From an uncultured euryarchaeote (GTDB taxonomy: Archaea > Thermoplasmatota > Poseidoniia > Poseidoniales > Poseidoniaceae), in the NCBI GenBank assembly GCA_963981035.1, contig CAXCCF010000005.1, forward strand, positions 2,056 through 66,055: DNA of 64,000 bases. The letters run 5' to 3'. Each line of letters begins with the position of its first letter. Position 1 is the stretch's first letter. Position numbers and translations under genes: made by a program. Below, one piece after another: positions 18,386 to 27,226 of the stretch. The notes under the pieces are model-generated. The model was not told the origin of the DNA. It searched no databases and worked only from the letters and a program-made list of their open reading frames with translations.

Positions 18386-19108
18386 TCAAATAGTTGCAAT
18401 TCCAATAATATTTTCCAGGAATATTCGGTCTGAAGGTTCAAATGGATTTTCAAAATACTGATTTATTTGTTTAGGATTGCATGCGCTAACAAAGGGCTTG
18501 ATTTGATTAACAACATGACTCATCGACCATCCTGCGCATACATATTTTAGTCGTGCAATTGCTAATATTGAGGCCAAACCATCTTGCGAGTTTCCCTTTT
18601 CAATATTGCTTAATGCATCTAGCAAATCGCTTTTATTTTCTGCCGTAAATGAAGCTAGTGCTTTTTCTGCATGAGAAATATATCCCAGTTCACAATCAAT
18701 GATTCGTTGTTCTACAACAATTTCTGTCAATGTCTTTGGAGTTAATTCTGTTGGCCATCTTGCATTTCCTAGAAGTAACAAACTAATTAATGAATCAATA
18801 TAGGCTACATCTGAATTGTGCGATTCCACAACACAAACTCTACGACCATTGATGGACAATACCAAATGGAAGTTTCTCGCGAAATAGCAGTTTTCAAGTG
18901 TTTCAAACGGATCTAGCGCAATTTTATAATCACCAACTCGGCAGTGTGCTATTGGTCTTTTTGCGATTGCATCATTTAATTTCCATAATTTTGAAGTGTC
19001 AATTATTTCTTTGAATAACGTAATTCCCTTCAATTCCGCATTTACTCTTTCACTCGGTAATTCCTTTGGCAATGTCAGGATGCCAATTGCAGTGTCAACT
19101 TCTCTCAC
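18386..19108 (-). CDS. Hypothetical protein upstream of thyA-folA
   Basis: A 240-aa ORF with a GTG start, on the same strand and 49 nt upstream of thyA. I recognise no motif. Confidence 0.45.
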   Translation of the reverse strand: MREVDTAIGILTLPKELPSERVNAELKGITLFKEIIDTSKLWKLNDAIAKRPIAHCRVGDYKIALDPFETLENCYFARNFHLVLSINGRRVCVVESHNSDVAYIDSLISLLLLGNARWPTELTPKTLTEIVVEQRIIDCELGYISHAEKALASFTAENKSDLLDALSNIEKGNSQDGLASILAIARLKYVCAGWSMSHVVNQIKPFVSACNPKQINQYFENPFEPSDRIFLENIIGIATI

Positions 19109-19190
19109 AAAATATCAAATCGTCAACGATTTATCAAGTATTGAGGTGTGCATGCCTTAAGTAATCATTTCTGAGAAATATTTTGATTAT

Positions 19191-19976
19191 TTATGGCGCA
19201 CCTAGAGCAGTAATTGAACCCATTATTTGGTCGGTAAATTTCCTATATAACTTAGCCAATGCGGCTCTTATTTCGTGCTCTTCTCCTTGAGCGATTGCCG
19301 AAAGGGACTCGGAATTCATATCTCCTCCAGCAGGATCTGCTAGCCATTGTAACCAAGTAATTCCTTCACCTGCATGAATGTCCAAGCGTTTCCAAAAGCG
19401 CGGGAATTTATGATGTTGCGGCTGCATACATTGTCGTGTACCATTTAGTGCAATGGGAATAACAACAGAAGTAGGATATGATGCAGCCAGTCTAGCGACA
19501 CCGGTTTTTCCAGGCAGTAGGAACGGCGACTCGGAACGTTTTGAACGAGTTCCTTCTGGAAAAATACCCAATGCTCTATTGGCTACTAAAATATCAGCCG
19601 CACTAGACAATGCACCACTCCCTCCCTCTTCACGAAGAGTCTCAATTTGTCCAGTTGATTGCATTACTGTGCGTAACATTGGATTATTAAAATGGCCATC
19701 TTTTGCTAGATAATGTGTTGTTCTTCTAGAACCAACAATGACCAATAATGGGTCTACATGTGATAGATGATTTGCTGCAAGAATTGTTGCTCCTTTGCGA
19801 GGAATATGGTGTGAGCCACGAATACGTAATCGCAGTAGGGGGCGAATGAGTGGAGGCAATACCAATCTTAGAAAACTGTAAATCGGGGTCTTAGGAATCC
19901 CTTTACCAGAGGGATGAATAATCCAATGCTGTCGCAAACTTTCCCATGCTTGAACAAGATGGGTGTCTGGTTGCAT
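19191..19976 (-). CDS. plsC: 1-acyl-sn-glycerol-3-phosphate acyltransferase family protein (PlsC-like)
   Basis: Acyltransferase block I HX4D is ANHLSHVDP, block III is FPEGTRS, and KTGVARLA and PIALNGT are also present. Confidence 0.85.
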   Translation of the reverse strand: MQPDTHLVQAWESLRQHWIIHPSGKGIPKTPIYSFLRLVLPPLIRPLLRLRIRGSHHIPRKGATILAANHLSHVDPLLVIVGSRRTTHYLAKDGHFNNPMLRTVMQSTGQIETLREEGGSGALSSAADILVANRALGIFPEGTRSKRSESPFLLPGKTGVARLAASYPTSVVIPIALNGTRQCMQPQHHKFPRFWKRLDIHAGEGITWLQWLADPAGGDMNSESLSAIAQGEEHEIRAALAKLYRKFTDQIMGSITALGAP

Positions 19977-20087
19977 GCCTTTGCCTCTAACTATTTGCCT
20001 TTGAGTGTTACCTCTAATTATTCTTCAGCAACCCACTTTTGGCCGAATTAGCAAATTTTTCAGTGCAAATAATGAATAGGGGATGGC

Positions 20088-21356
20088 ATGAGCACTAGGC
20101 AGGGGAATCAGATGACAAAAGGCTCGAGACTCCTAACAATTTTTGTTCTCATAACAATGATTAGCGTGACATGGAGTCCAACTGCATTAGCTGAATTAGA
20201 ATGGGATGATGATGGTTGGTTAACCACTTCACTCGCTGATGATAGGTTGGAAAGTGGAGATGAATTTGGATGCTATCAAATGCTACATTTGTCATGGAAA
20301 TTAGATCCTGGTGCAATGGCAATAGAATGTAAAGAGTACATTGAGATAAAAACAAATGCTAGCAAGTGGGGTAGTAATGCGATTTCAACCTATACACCTT
20401 CCAGTTTGACGATGTCACAGCATGAAATAATTGCTAATCAAGGATTGACAGTTCATGGCGACAATAATGGTTTGCAAGAAAGTGCTTGGCATGACTCCCA
20501 AGACGTCCCAGTGGATCTTTGGGATTGGTATAACCTTGGCCGCCGAGGTGGCAGTTTGGAACAAATAGTTGGTTCAATTGACACCGTTATCGATGCAGTG
20601 GAAGAAGGTGGCTTAGTCAATTTATATTGGATTGGCAGAGTAGATGGTGCCAGTATTAGGTATGACCGAGACATCGCTAATTATCTCAATGATGATGCTG
20701 ATGCATGGCTAACTACTTGGGGCGAAAGTTGGTCTTATTGGACGGTTGATAGATGCTATGAATTCATCGATGATTTAGTACAGCAAGAAAATGAAACAAT
20801 TCTATATTTTGAGTCACTGCAAGCAGAATCTTGTAATTCAGTTGCACCTGATGCTTGGGATGTTCCAATCACTTGGAAGATTGATACCAATGGAGTCAAT
20901 ATTAGTGAAATTCGAATAATAGATTTGGAATTAGGCAACAAAACCCTACCCAATATTGCAGGTGCTAGGAATAGTGCAGAAGGATGGTTCCAGCACAGTG
21001 GAGAATATCTGCATCTATCTGTTTTAAATGGTCACAAAGTGGAGATTCATTTTTCACAACAATCAAGTGATCATGATGTAATTGGGCGCTCACAGTTTTG
21101 GAACAATCACACAGCCGCTGTTACAATAGCATCACATCAAACATCTGATTTATTCCTATGGTCAAAGGGATTTACTGATTATGATTCAATTAAATTTACT
21201 TGGCTAGTAGAGCCAAGATTATCCGATGGATATTCAATCTGGTTGCCAATCGCGGTTATTGTGATTGCATCTTCAACAGTTTTGGGAATGTTGTATTTGC
21301 TAAAGCGTGATGATATTGGAATGTTGGTAGAAACAGAGAGCCCTAAAAAAGGGTAA
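20088..21356 (+). CDS. Hypothetical secreted protein with C-terminal membrane anchor
   Basis: The N-terminal signal is LLTIFVLITMISVTWSPTALA. The ectodomain is Trp/Asp-rich. The C-terminal TM is IWLPIAVIVIASSTVLGMLYLL, followed by a short tail. Confidence 0.6.
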   Translation: MSTRQGNQMTKGSRLLTIFVLITMISVTWSPTALAELEWDDDGWLTTSLADDRLESGDEFGCYQMLHLSWKLDPGAMAIECKEYIEIKTNASKWGSNAISTYTPSSLTMSQHEIIANQGLTVHGDNNGLQESAWHDSQDVPVDLWDWYNLGRRGGSLEQIVGSIDTVIDAVEEGGLVNLYWIGRVDGASIRYDRDIANYLNDDADAWLTTWGESWSYWTVDRCYEFIDDLVQQENETILYFESLQAESCNSVAPDAWDVPITWKIDTNGVNISEIRIIDLELGNKTLPNIAGARNSAEGWFQHSGEYLHLSVLNGHKVEIHFSQQSSDHDVIGRSQFWNNHTAAVTIASHQTSDLFLWSKGFTDYDSIKFTWLVEPRLSDGYSIWLPIAVIVIASSTVLGMLYLLKRDDIGMLVETESPKKG

Positions 21357-21418
21357 TTTTCACTCATCTCAATGCGAAGGCTTGATGCCTAATTGAAGTC
21401 GCCAATGAAATAGAGGCA

Positions 21419-22807
21419 ATGGATATGGGTGGCGAAGATTTAGTAATCGACCCATGGGGTAGTGCACAATCTACCGACTATAGCCGAATTATTGAGCAGT
21501 TCGGACTCTCATCAATGGACAATATCCAGATGCCCTCTCCATCGCGACTTCACCGAAGAGGAATTGTATTCGCACATCGTGATTTAGATATGGTATTAGA
21601 TGCGCAAAAAACAGGAGATCCGTTTGGCGTACTGACTGGGTTAATGCCTAGCGGTCAGATGCATATGGGGCATTCAATGGTAATTGACCAGGTAAAATGG
21701 TTTCAGCAAAATGGAGGTGATGTGACAATTGCGGTTGCAGATTTAGAAAGTCAAGCAACTAGAGGTGTCTCATTGAGCAAAGGTCGTGAAATTGCATTGG
21801 CCGAGTACATTGCTAACTATGCTGCTCTTGGATTGGACCCTGAAAAGACAAATGTGTACTTCCAATCATCAAGACCAATCGTTCAAAGAATGGGTTTCCA
21901 ATTGGGCAAAAGAACGAACCTAAATGAGTTTGAATCTATTTATGGATTCAATGGTGAAACCAATCTTGCACATGTTCAAGCTCCCTTGGTTCAAGTTGGA
22001 GATATATTACACCCACAAACGGATGATTACGGTGGACTAAGACCTATCGTTGTACCAGTGGGAGTTGACCAAGACCCCCATCTTCGCTTGACCAGAGGTT
22101 TGGCTGGAAAAACCAATTGGTTTAATGTTAAGGATGCGAAAATTGGAATAATTATTGGACTTTCTGTCCAAGAAGAAAACGCCGCTATACTGGGACAATT
22201 GCCGAATGGTAGAATGGATAAAGCCAGACTTAAGGAAATTTTTGATGGAATTGTATCATGTCTAGTTAATCTCGGTTTTTCAGATATTATGTCGAGCCCA
22301 AAACAAGGAACAGTACATGTTCCGAGTGCTACAAAAGGTGATAAGGGGAAAATACGCATGGCCCTACTTCAATATGAGCGTAAATTGGGAGGGATGGGTT
22401 TACTTGCGCCTTCTTCAACCTACCATCATTTTGCCGTTGGATTAACAGGGGACAAAATGAGTAGCAGTCAGCCAAAAACAACATTGTTTTTGAGGGATGA
22501 TCTATCTTCGGTTGAGAAAAAGATAAAGAGAGCATTTTCCGGTGGTCAATCCACAATTGAAGAACACAGAAGACTAGGTGGCAATCCGGATATTGACGTC
22601 GCTTACCAGTATATGATGTATTTCTTTGAAGATGATGACTCCTATTTGGCAGAAATAAATTCTGATTATAGGTCTGGAAAATTATTGGCTGGAGAAATGA
22701 AACAATTGTGTATTGATAGGGCACTAGCATGGCTCGGTAATCTTCATGAAATGAGAGACCAAACTGCGCATTTGGTCAGTGATTTCCTTGCTACAGATGC
22801 ACTGTGA
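21419..22807 (+). CDS. trpS: Tryptophanyl-tRNA synthetase, archaeal/eukaryotic type, with internal insertion
   Basis: Present are DPWGS...DYSRIIEQFG, the HIGH-type motif PSGQMHMGH, VGVDQDPHLRLTRGLA and the KMSKS-type motif KMSSS. At 462 aa it is longer than the ~370-390 aa I expect. Confidence 0.9.
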   Translation: MDMGGEDLVIDPWGSAQSTDYSRIIEQFGLSSMDNIQMPSPSRLHRRGIVFAHRDLDMVLDAQKTGDPFGVLTGLMPSGQMHMGHSMVIDQVKWFQQNGGDVTIAVADLESQATRGVSLSKGREIALAEYIANYAALGLDPEKTNVYFQSSRPIVQRMGFQLGKRTNLNEFESIYGFNGETNLAHVQAPLVQVGDILHPQTDDYGGLRPIVVPVGVDQDPHLRLTRGLAGKTNWFNVKDAKIGIIIGLSVQEENAAILGQLPNGRMDKARLKEIFDGIVSCLVNLGFSDIMSSPKQGTVHVPSATKGDKGKIRMALLQYERKLGGMGLLAPSSTYHHFAVGLTGDKMSSSQPKTTLFLRDDLSSVEKKIKRAFSGGQSTIEEHRRLGGNPDIDVAYQYMMYFFEDDDSYLAEINSDYRSGKLLAGEMKQLCIDRALAWLGNLHEMRDQTAHLVSDFLATDAL

Positions 22808-22808
22808 A

Positions 22809-23450
22809 TCAGTCATCATTAGATAATACTGGTGGGTCTGGACCCACTGGCAAATCTACTAATTCTTCTTCACTCAATTCTCTCTCTACAGCATCTTCGT
22901 GAATGATCATTGAATGTCCATTAGGGTCTAGTAATTCCAAAGTAACCGGCTGTGAACCAACTTCCTTTAATCCCCCAATAGTGGATAACATATTTTCCAA
23001 TTTACTAATCGCCTCCATTGTTTCTTCAAGTCCTTCTTCAATTTCTCCCGCAGCATGCTGCAGGGCTTCATTTTGGACATCGCGTAGAACCATATTAATC
23101 ACATCAATAAAGCGATTCATTACACCTTCAATGTTTGAAACATATCCGGTTGAATTACTTCCAGGATTGACTACCAAATCCAATTCATCAACCTTTACTG
23201 TGCAGGATGATGAACGAACAACCCTTGCCAATAATTTTTCAGGGTTATCTATGACAATTTTCCACGCACCAGATTTTTTCCCCTCCGCAGGAATGAAATC
23301 AGTTTGTCTCCAGCCGCAGGAATTACAAAGAACGGTAACTTGTGTGTGTTCACCGAAATATGGAATCTCATCAACATGGGCTATCATCTTCACTTCACCC
23401 TCGATTGAACAAATAGGGCAAGGAATGTTAACATCTTGAGGTTCCATCAC
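22809..23450 (-). CDS. ZPR1-type zinc-finger protein
   Basis: The zinc finger is CPICS...VDEIPYFGEHTQVTVLCNSCGWRQTDF, followed by the ZPR1 beta-helix-like domain. The product is 213 aa. Confidence 0.75.
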   Translation of the reverse strand: MMEPQDVNIPCPICSIEGEVKMIAHVDEIPYFGEHTQVTVLCNSCGWRQTDFIPAEGKKSGAWKIVIDNPEKLLARVVRSSSCTVKVDELDLVVNPGSNSTGYVSNIEGVMNRFIDVINMVLRDVQNEALQHAAGEIEEGLEETMEAISKLENMLSTIGGLKEVGSQPVTLELLDPNGHSMIIHEDAVERELSEEELVDLPVGPDPPVLSNDD

Positions 23451-24112
23451 AAACGCCTCTTTCCTAAATCATCTGCGTCTACTGCAAATGCCTCATTGTC
23501 AACGCCCTTTAGCCCCCTGCATCCCGGTGGAAGAAACATCAATCTAGAGTCAGTAATTTGGATTATTTGTCCACCTAAATCTCCTTCTATGAAAATATTG
23601 AGTTGGTCTAGTGCAGTGGTAAATTCAACCTCTCTCTTCATCAATCGACTCATTTCCACAATTGCTCCATGTCCGTCACTAAGCCAATCCATTAATGCTC
23701 CCACACCAGTTAAATCGTGCAATACTGCTCTATGAATAACCAAACCATTAGAATCGTCTTTTATCGGTGGGTTTGGGTACAATTTATCCAAGTCATGAAA
23801 TAGCAATTTGGTATTTGGAGTTGTTCTGGAAACACTATCTTGAGAACTTGGCATATCAAAAGAACGAAGAGGATTACTCTCCACAACTGGTTGAATAATT
23901 GCATTTTCAATGACATTATTGGAATCATCACTACCATTCTCATCCAGCATAGGCATTACGGGAATAGAAATTTCTTCTTCTATTTCGCTGGTTGAGTCGT
24001 TACTCTGCGAAGTTTTTGTAAGATCTGAAAAAGCATCAAGAGAATATTGGTGAGTGTCCTCCTCCTCAATATTCTTCCTCGCCATGTTTTGGTGGGGACG
24101 GCGACGATTCAA
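23447..24112 (-). CDS. sepF: SepF-like cell-division protein (C-terminal DUF552-like domain)
   Basis: The C-terminal ~90 aa read LVIHRAVLHDLTGVGALMDWLSDGHGAIVEMSRLMKREVEFTTALDQLNIFIEGDLGGQIIQITDSRLMFLPPG, which resembles the SepF core. The N-terminal half is acidic and disordered. Its stop overlaps the ZPR1 start by 4 nt. Confidence 0.5.
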   Translation of the reverse strand: MNRRRPHQNMARKNIEEEDTHQYSLDAFSDLTKTSQSNDSTSEIEEEISIPVMPMLDENGSDDSNNVIENAIIQPVVESNPLRSFDMPSSQDSVSRTTPNTKLLFHDLDKLYPNPPIKDDSNGLVIHRAVLHDLTGVGALMDWLSDGHGAIVEMSRLMKREVEFTTALDQLNIFIEGDLGGQIIQITDSRLMFLPPGCRGLKGVDNEAFAVDADDLGKRRL

Positions 24113-24253
24113 GAACCCCTCCCTATCTTTCGCTCAGATAATGCTGATTAGAGACCGTATTCTTCCATCCAATCTTTTCGCGGGGTTGATAAGGGTTCAC
24201 CGATAGGGGCAGATTGCGGCTCAAAGTTCAATAGGTGTCGCCACCGAGGATGA

Positions 24254-24883
24254 TTGATGATGATGGACACACCACCGAATGTCGTAAAGACCGGAACAAG
24301 CACAATAGGGATTACTTTTGATGGAGGAGTTGTTGTTGGTGCTGACCACAGAGCTACAATGGGACACTTTATCGCAAACAAAAGTGTACAGAAGTTATTC
24401 AAGATTGGTAACAATCTTGCCTTAACAACTGCAGGTTTGGTAGGTCATGCCCAATCCCTTTCAAGAACACTTTCTGCTGAAGTTTCTCTATTCGAATTAC
24501 GTCGCCAACAGTCAATGACTGTCAAGGGTGCAGCAACACTTACCGCAAATATTCTTGTTGGACGACCTCATTGGGTACAATTACTCATTGTTGGAGTAGA
24601 CGAAGATGGTAGCCATGTATACTCAATTGATTCTGCAGGAGGTTCTATTCCTGACAAGTATTGCGCTACAGGTTCAGGCTCTCCGTATATGTATGGTGTC
24701 TTAGAAGACAATTTCAAAGAAGGTATGAGTCGAAGCGAAGCATTGAAACTCGCGGCACGCGCCCTTCATGCATCGGGGCAGCGTGATGCAGCCTCCGGTA
24801 ACGGCATGGATTTGGCAGTAATTACTGCAAAAGACGGCTACCAACAGATATCACAACAAGAGATTTCTAAACTTCTCAAGTGA
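24254..24883 (+). CDS. psmB: Proteasome beta subunit
   Basis: The propeptide is followed by TGTSTIGITFDGGVVVGADHRATMG, and GSGSPYMYGVLE is also present. Confidence 0.95.
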   Translation: MMMMDTPPNVVKTGTSTIGITFDGGVVVGADHRATMGHFIANKSVQKLFKIGNNLALTTAGLVGHAQSLSRTLSAEVSLFELRRQQSMTVKGAATLTANILVGRPHWVQLLIVGVDEDGSHVYSIDSAGGSIPDKYCATGSGSPYMYGVLEDNFKEGMSRSEALKLAARALHASGQRDAASGNGMDLAVITAKDGYQQISQQEISKLLK

Positions 24884-24964
24884 TATTTTCCGATTCCCGC
24901 AACAATAAGTTGCAATTCTATAGGAACTGCCATTACATTGGGCGGAGCGGGAGCGGGTGAATAA

Positions 24965-26869
24965 ATGCGCCAAACATTTAAACAAATAAAAGACGAAATA
25001 GCCAAGATAATTCCAAAGGCAGTGGATTATTCAGTTGACCTAGAAGCCGGTGACATTGTCATCGTTACTTCCATGCTGGAAAGATTTACTGGTGGTGAAG
25101 GATTCCTCGGAAAGATATCAAAGACCATCAAGAAGAAAGTAATTCTTAGGCCGGATGAAAGTATCATGATGTCCGAAGAGGACACATTGAAAGTTATCAA
25201 AGAAATAATTCCTGAGGATGTAGATATTAATCAAATATATTTTGATCAATGTTTCCGAGAATTGATTATCCAGTGTGACAAACCAGGAAATGCAATTGGG
25301 CGCAAGGGTGTAAATCTAAAACAAATAAGAGATAAAAGCGGATGGCTGGTAAAGGTGGAAAGAACTCCACCAATCCATTCAAAGACAGTGCATGATATCC
25401 GAGGATATAGACAAGCTAATCATGAAGAAAGAAGAAAATTATTGAAGGATTTCGGCCTCAACATTTACCGCCCAACAAGGCCAGGTCAGCAATGGGCTCG
25501 ATTGACAGCACTTGGTTCGTATAGAGAAGTCGGAAGGGCCTGTCACTATGTGACGACCAATGAATCCAGAGTGATGATAGATGTTGGAGTGAATATTGCT
25601 AGTGATACCGATCCAATGCCATACTTCACTGCACCAGAGGCATTACCGATTGAAAAATTAGATGCGGTTGTTTTGACACATTCTCATTTGGATCACGCAG
25701 GAATGCTTCCAGTGCTATTCAAATATGGATATAAGGGTCCAGTATATTGTACCCCCCCAACTCGTGATTTGATGCTATTATTGCAAACAGATTATTTGAA
25801 AGTTAGTGGTTCTGAAGGAAAAAGATGCCCATATGATATGGAAGATATCCGAACCTGTATGAAGCATGTAGTCGACGTAAATTGGGGAGAAACTACTCAA
25901 ATAACCCCTGATGTCAAGCTAACATTCTCAAATGCAGGTCATATTTTGGGTTCTTCTGCAGTACATTTACACATTGGTGATGGAAAGCATAACATTGTAT
26001 TATCCGGAGATCAAAAATACGAAAAATCATGGTTATTCGATGCAGCAAATACTCGGTTCCCACGCGTTGAAACATTGGTATTGGAATCAACATACGGTGC
26101 ATCAGGAGATTATCAGCCAAGTCGTCAAGAAGCGAATCAAGAATTGCAAGATATTGTTTCCAGAACTTTGAGACGTGGCGGCAAAATGATTTGTCCTGTA
26201 TTCGCAGTAGGTCGCAGCCAAGAAGTGATGATAGCAATCGATGAATTATTCCGTTCTGGTGCAGTAAAACCAGTACCGGTGTGGCTTGATGGAATGATAC
26301 AAGAAGCTACTGCGATTCATGCAGCGCACCCTGATTATCTCACTAGTAGTCTGCGCAAATCTTTGCTGCAAGATGATGGAGAAAACCCATTCACAAGTGA
26401 ATGGTTTAGGCCGGTAAAGGGTAGAGAATTACGTGATAGTATTATCCACGATTCGTCACCATGTATTGTCTTGGCAACATCTGGAATGATGAGTGGTGGT
26501 CCGGTAATGGAATATTTCAAGCACTGGGCACATGAAGATAGAAATTCGCTTTGTTTCGTGGGTTACCAAGCGGAAGGAACTCTTGGAAGAAGATTGCAAA
26601 AAGGCTTTGGAGAAGTTCCGATGGTCATTAATGGCAAAACTGAAATCGTAAAGGTCGGCTGTGAAATGTTGACTATTGATGGATTCTCGGGCCATTCAGA
26701 TCGCAGACAATTATTAGAATTCGTAGATCAAATTCATCCAAAGCCGCAAAATATTATCTGCCATCACGGTGATTATTTCAAATGTAACGAACTTGGTAGA
26801 ACATTGCGTGATAGGTACAAATGTAGAACCTATGCTCCAAAGAATTTGGAAACAATTCGCTTGATGTAA
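24965..26869 (+). CDS. fttA: aCPSF1/FttA: KH-domain beta-CASP metallo-beta-lactamase ribonuclease (transcription termination factor)
   Basis: N-terminal KH-like repeats contain GNAIGRKGVNLKQIRDKSGW. The MBL motif is THSHLDHAG, with beta-CASP motifs downstream. The 634-aa length is typical, and the position next to psmB matches the synteny common in archaea. Confidence 0.95.
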   Translation: MRQTFKQIKDEIAKIIPKAVDYSVDLEAGDIVIVTSMLERFTGGEGFLGKISKTIKKKVILRPDESIMMSEEDTLKVIKEIIPEDVDINQIYFDQCFRELIIQCDKPGNAIGRKGVNLKQIRDKSGWLVKVERTPPIHSKTVHDIRGYRQANHEERRKLLKDFGLNIYRPTRPGQQWARLTALGSYREVGRACHYVTTNESRVMIDVGVNIASDTDPMPYFTAPEALPIEKLDAVVLTHSHLDHAGMLPVLFKYGYKGPVYCTPPTRDLMLLLQTDYLKVSGSEGKRCPYDMEDIRTCMKHVVDVNWGETTQITPDVKLTFSNAGHILGSSAVHLHIGDGKHNIVLSGDQKYEKSWLFDAANTRFPRVETLVLESTYGASGDYQPSRQEANQELQDIVSRTLRRGGKMICPVFAVGRSQEVMIAIDELFRSGAVKPVPVWLDGMIQEATAIHAAHPDYLTSSLRKSLLQDDGENPFTSEWFRPVKGRELRDSIIHDSSPCIVLATSGMMSGGPVMEYFKHWAHEDRNSLCFVGYQAEGTLGRRLQKGFGEVPMVINGKTEIVKVGCEMLTIDGFSGHSDRRQLLEFVDQIHPKPQNIICHHGDYFKCNELGRTLRDRYKCRTYAPKNLETIRLM

Positions 26870-27175
26870 TCACATTAAAGGAATATCATAACCAGATTGG
26901 ATTGGGTCTGGGATTGCAGAATCAACGTCGTCAATTTTTTCTGTTTTGCCGACATTAGCAGTTGTTGGTACAACACTTACTCCTGCGGTTGATGAATGAG
27001 AATGACTTTTCTTATCCACTGAAATAGTTGAAAATATTAATGCTACAACTATTGAAAATAGCAAAGCTGGTAAAATCAAATAATAATTCGAAGTGACAAT
27101 TACATATTTGCCAAATATGATGGCAGAGAGTACAATGATTGGCAATGCCATCATTCGCTTTGAAAGTAGTTCCAC
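26870..27175 (-). CDS. Hypothetical small membrane protein
   Basis: A 101-aa ORF with two hydrophobic helices (ALPIIVLSAIIFGKYVIV and LILPALLFSIVVALIFSTI). No family recognised. Confidence 0.4.
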   Translation of the reverse strand: MELLSKRMMALPIIVLSAIIFGKYVIVTSNYYLILPALLFSIVVALIFSTISVDKKSHSHSSTAGVSVVPTTANVGKTEKIDDVDSAIPDPIQSGYDIPLM

Positions 27176-27226
27176 AGTGCTGGTATGACCACTCTATTCA
27201 TGAACCTGTTGCACCTCTGCCATTAC

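Noticed and set aside
18337-18453. 39-aa N-terminal extension of the ThyA ORF
   Set aside because: The canonical ThyA N-terminus MQTYLDLI starts at 18336. The extension overlaps the upstream gene and has no ThyA similarity.
22903-23439. 178-aa plus-strand ORF
   Set aside because: It is antisense to the ZPR1 zinc-finger gene and has no motifs, so it is a shadow ORF.
24900-24964. Purine/GC-rich tract GGGCGGAGCGGGAGCGGGTGA upstream of aCPSF1, considered as a small RNA
   Set aside because: It is too short and has no convincing pairing partner. It is more simply the 5' leader carrying a GGGTGA ribosome-binding motif.
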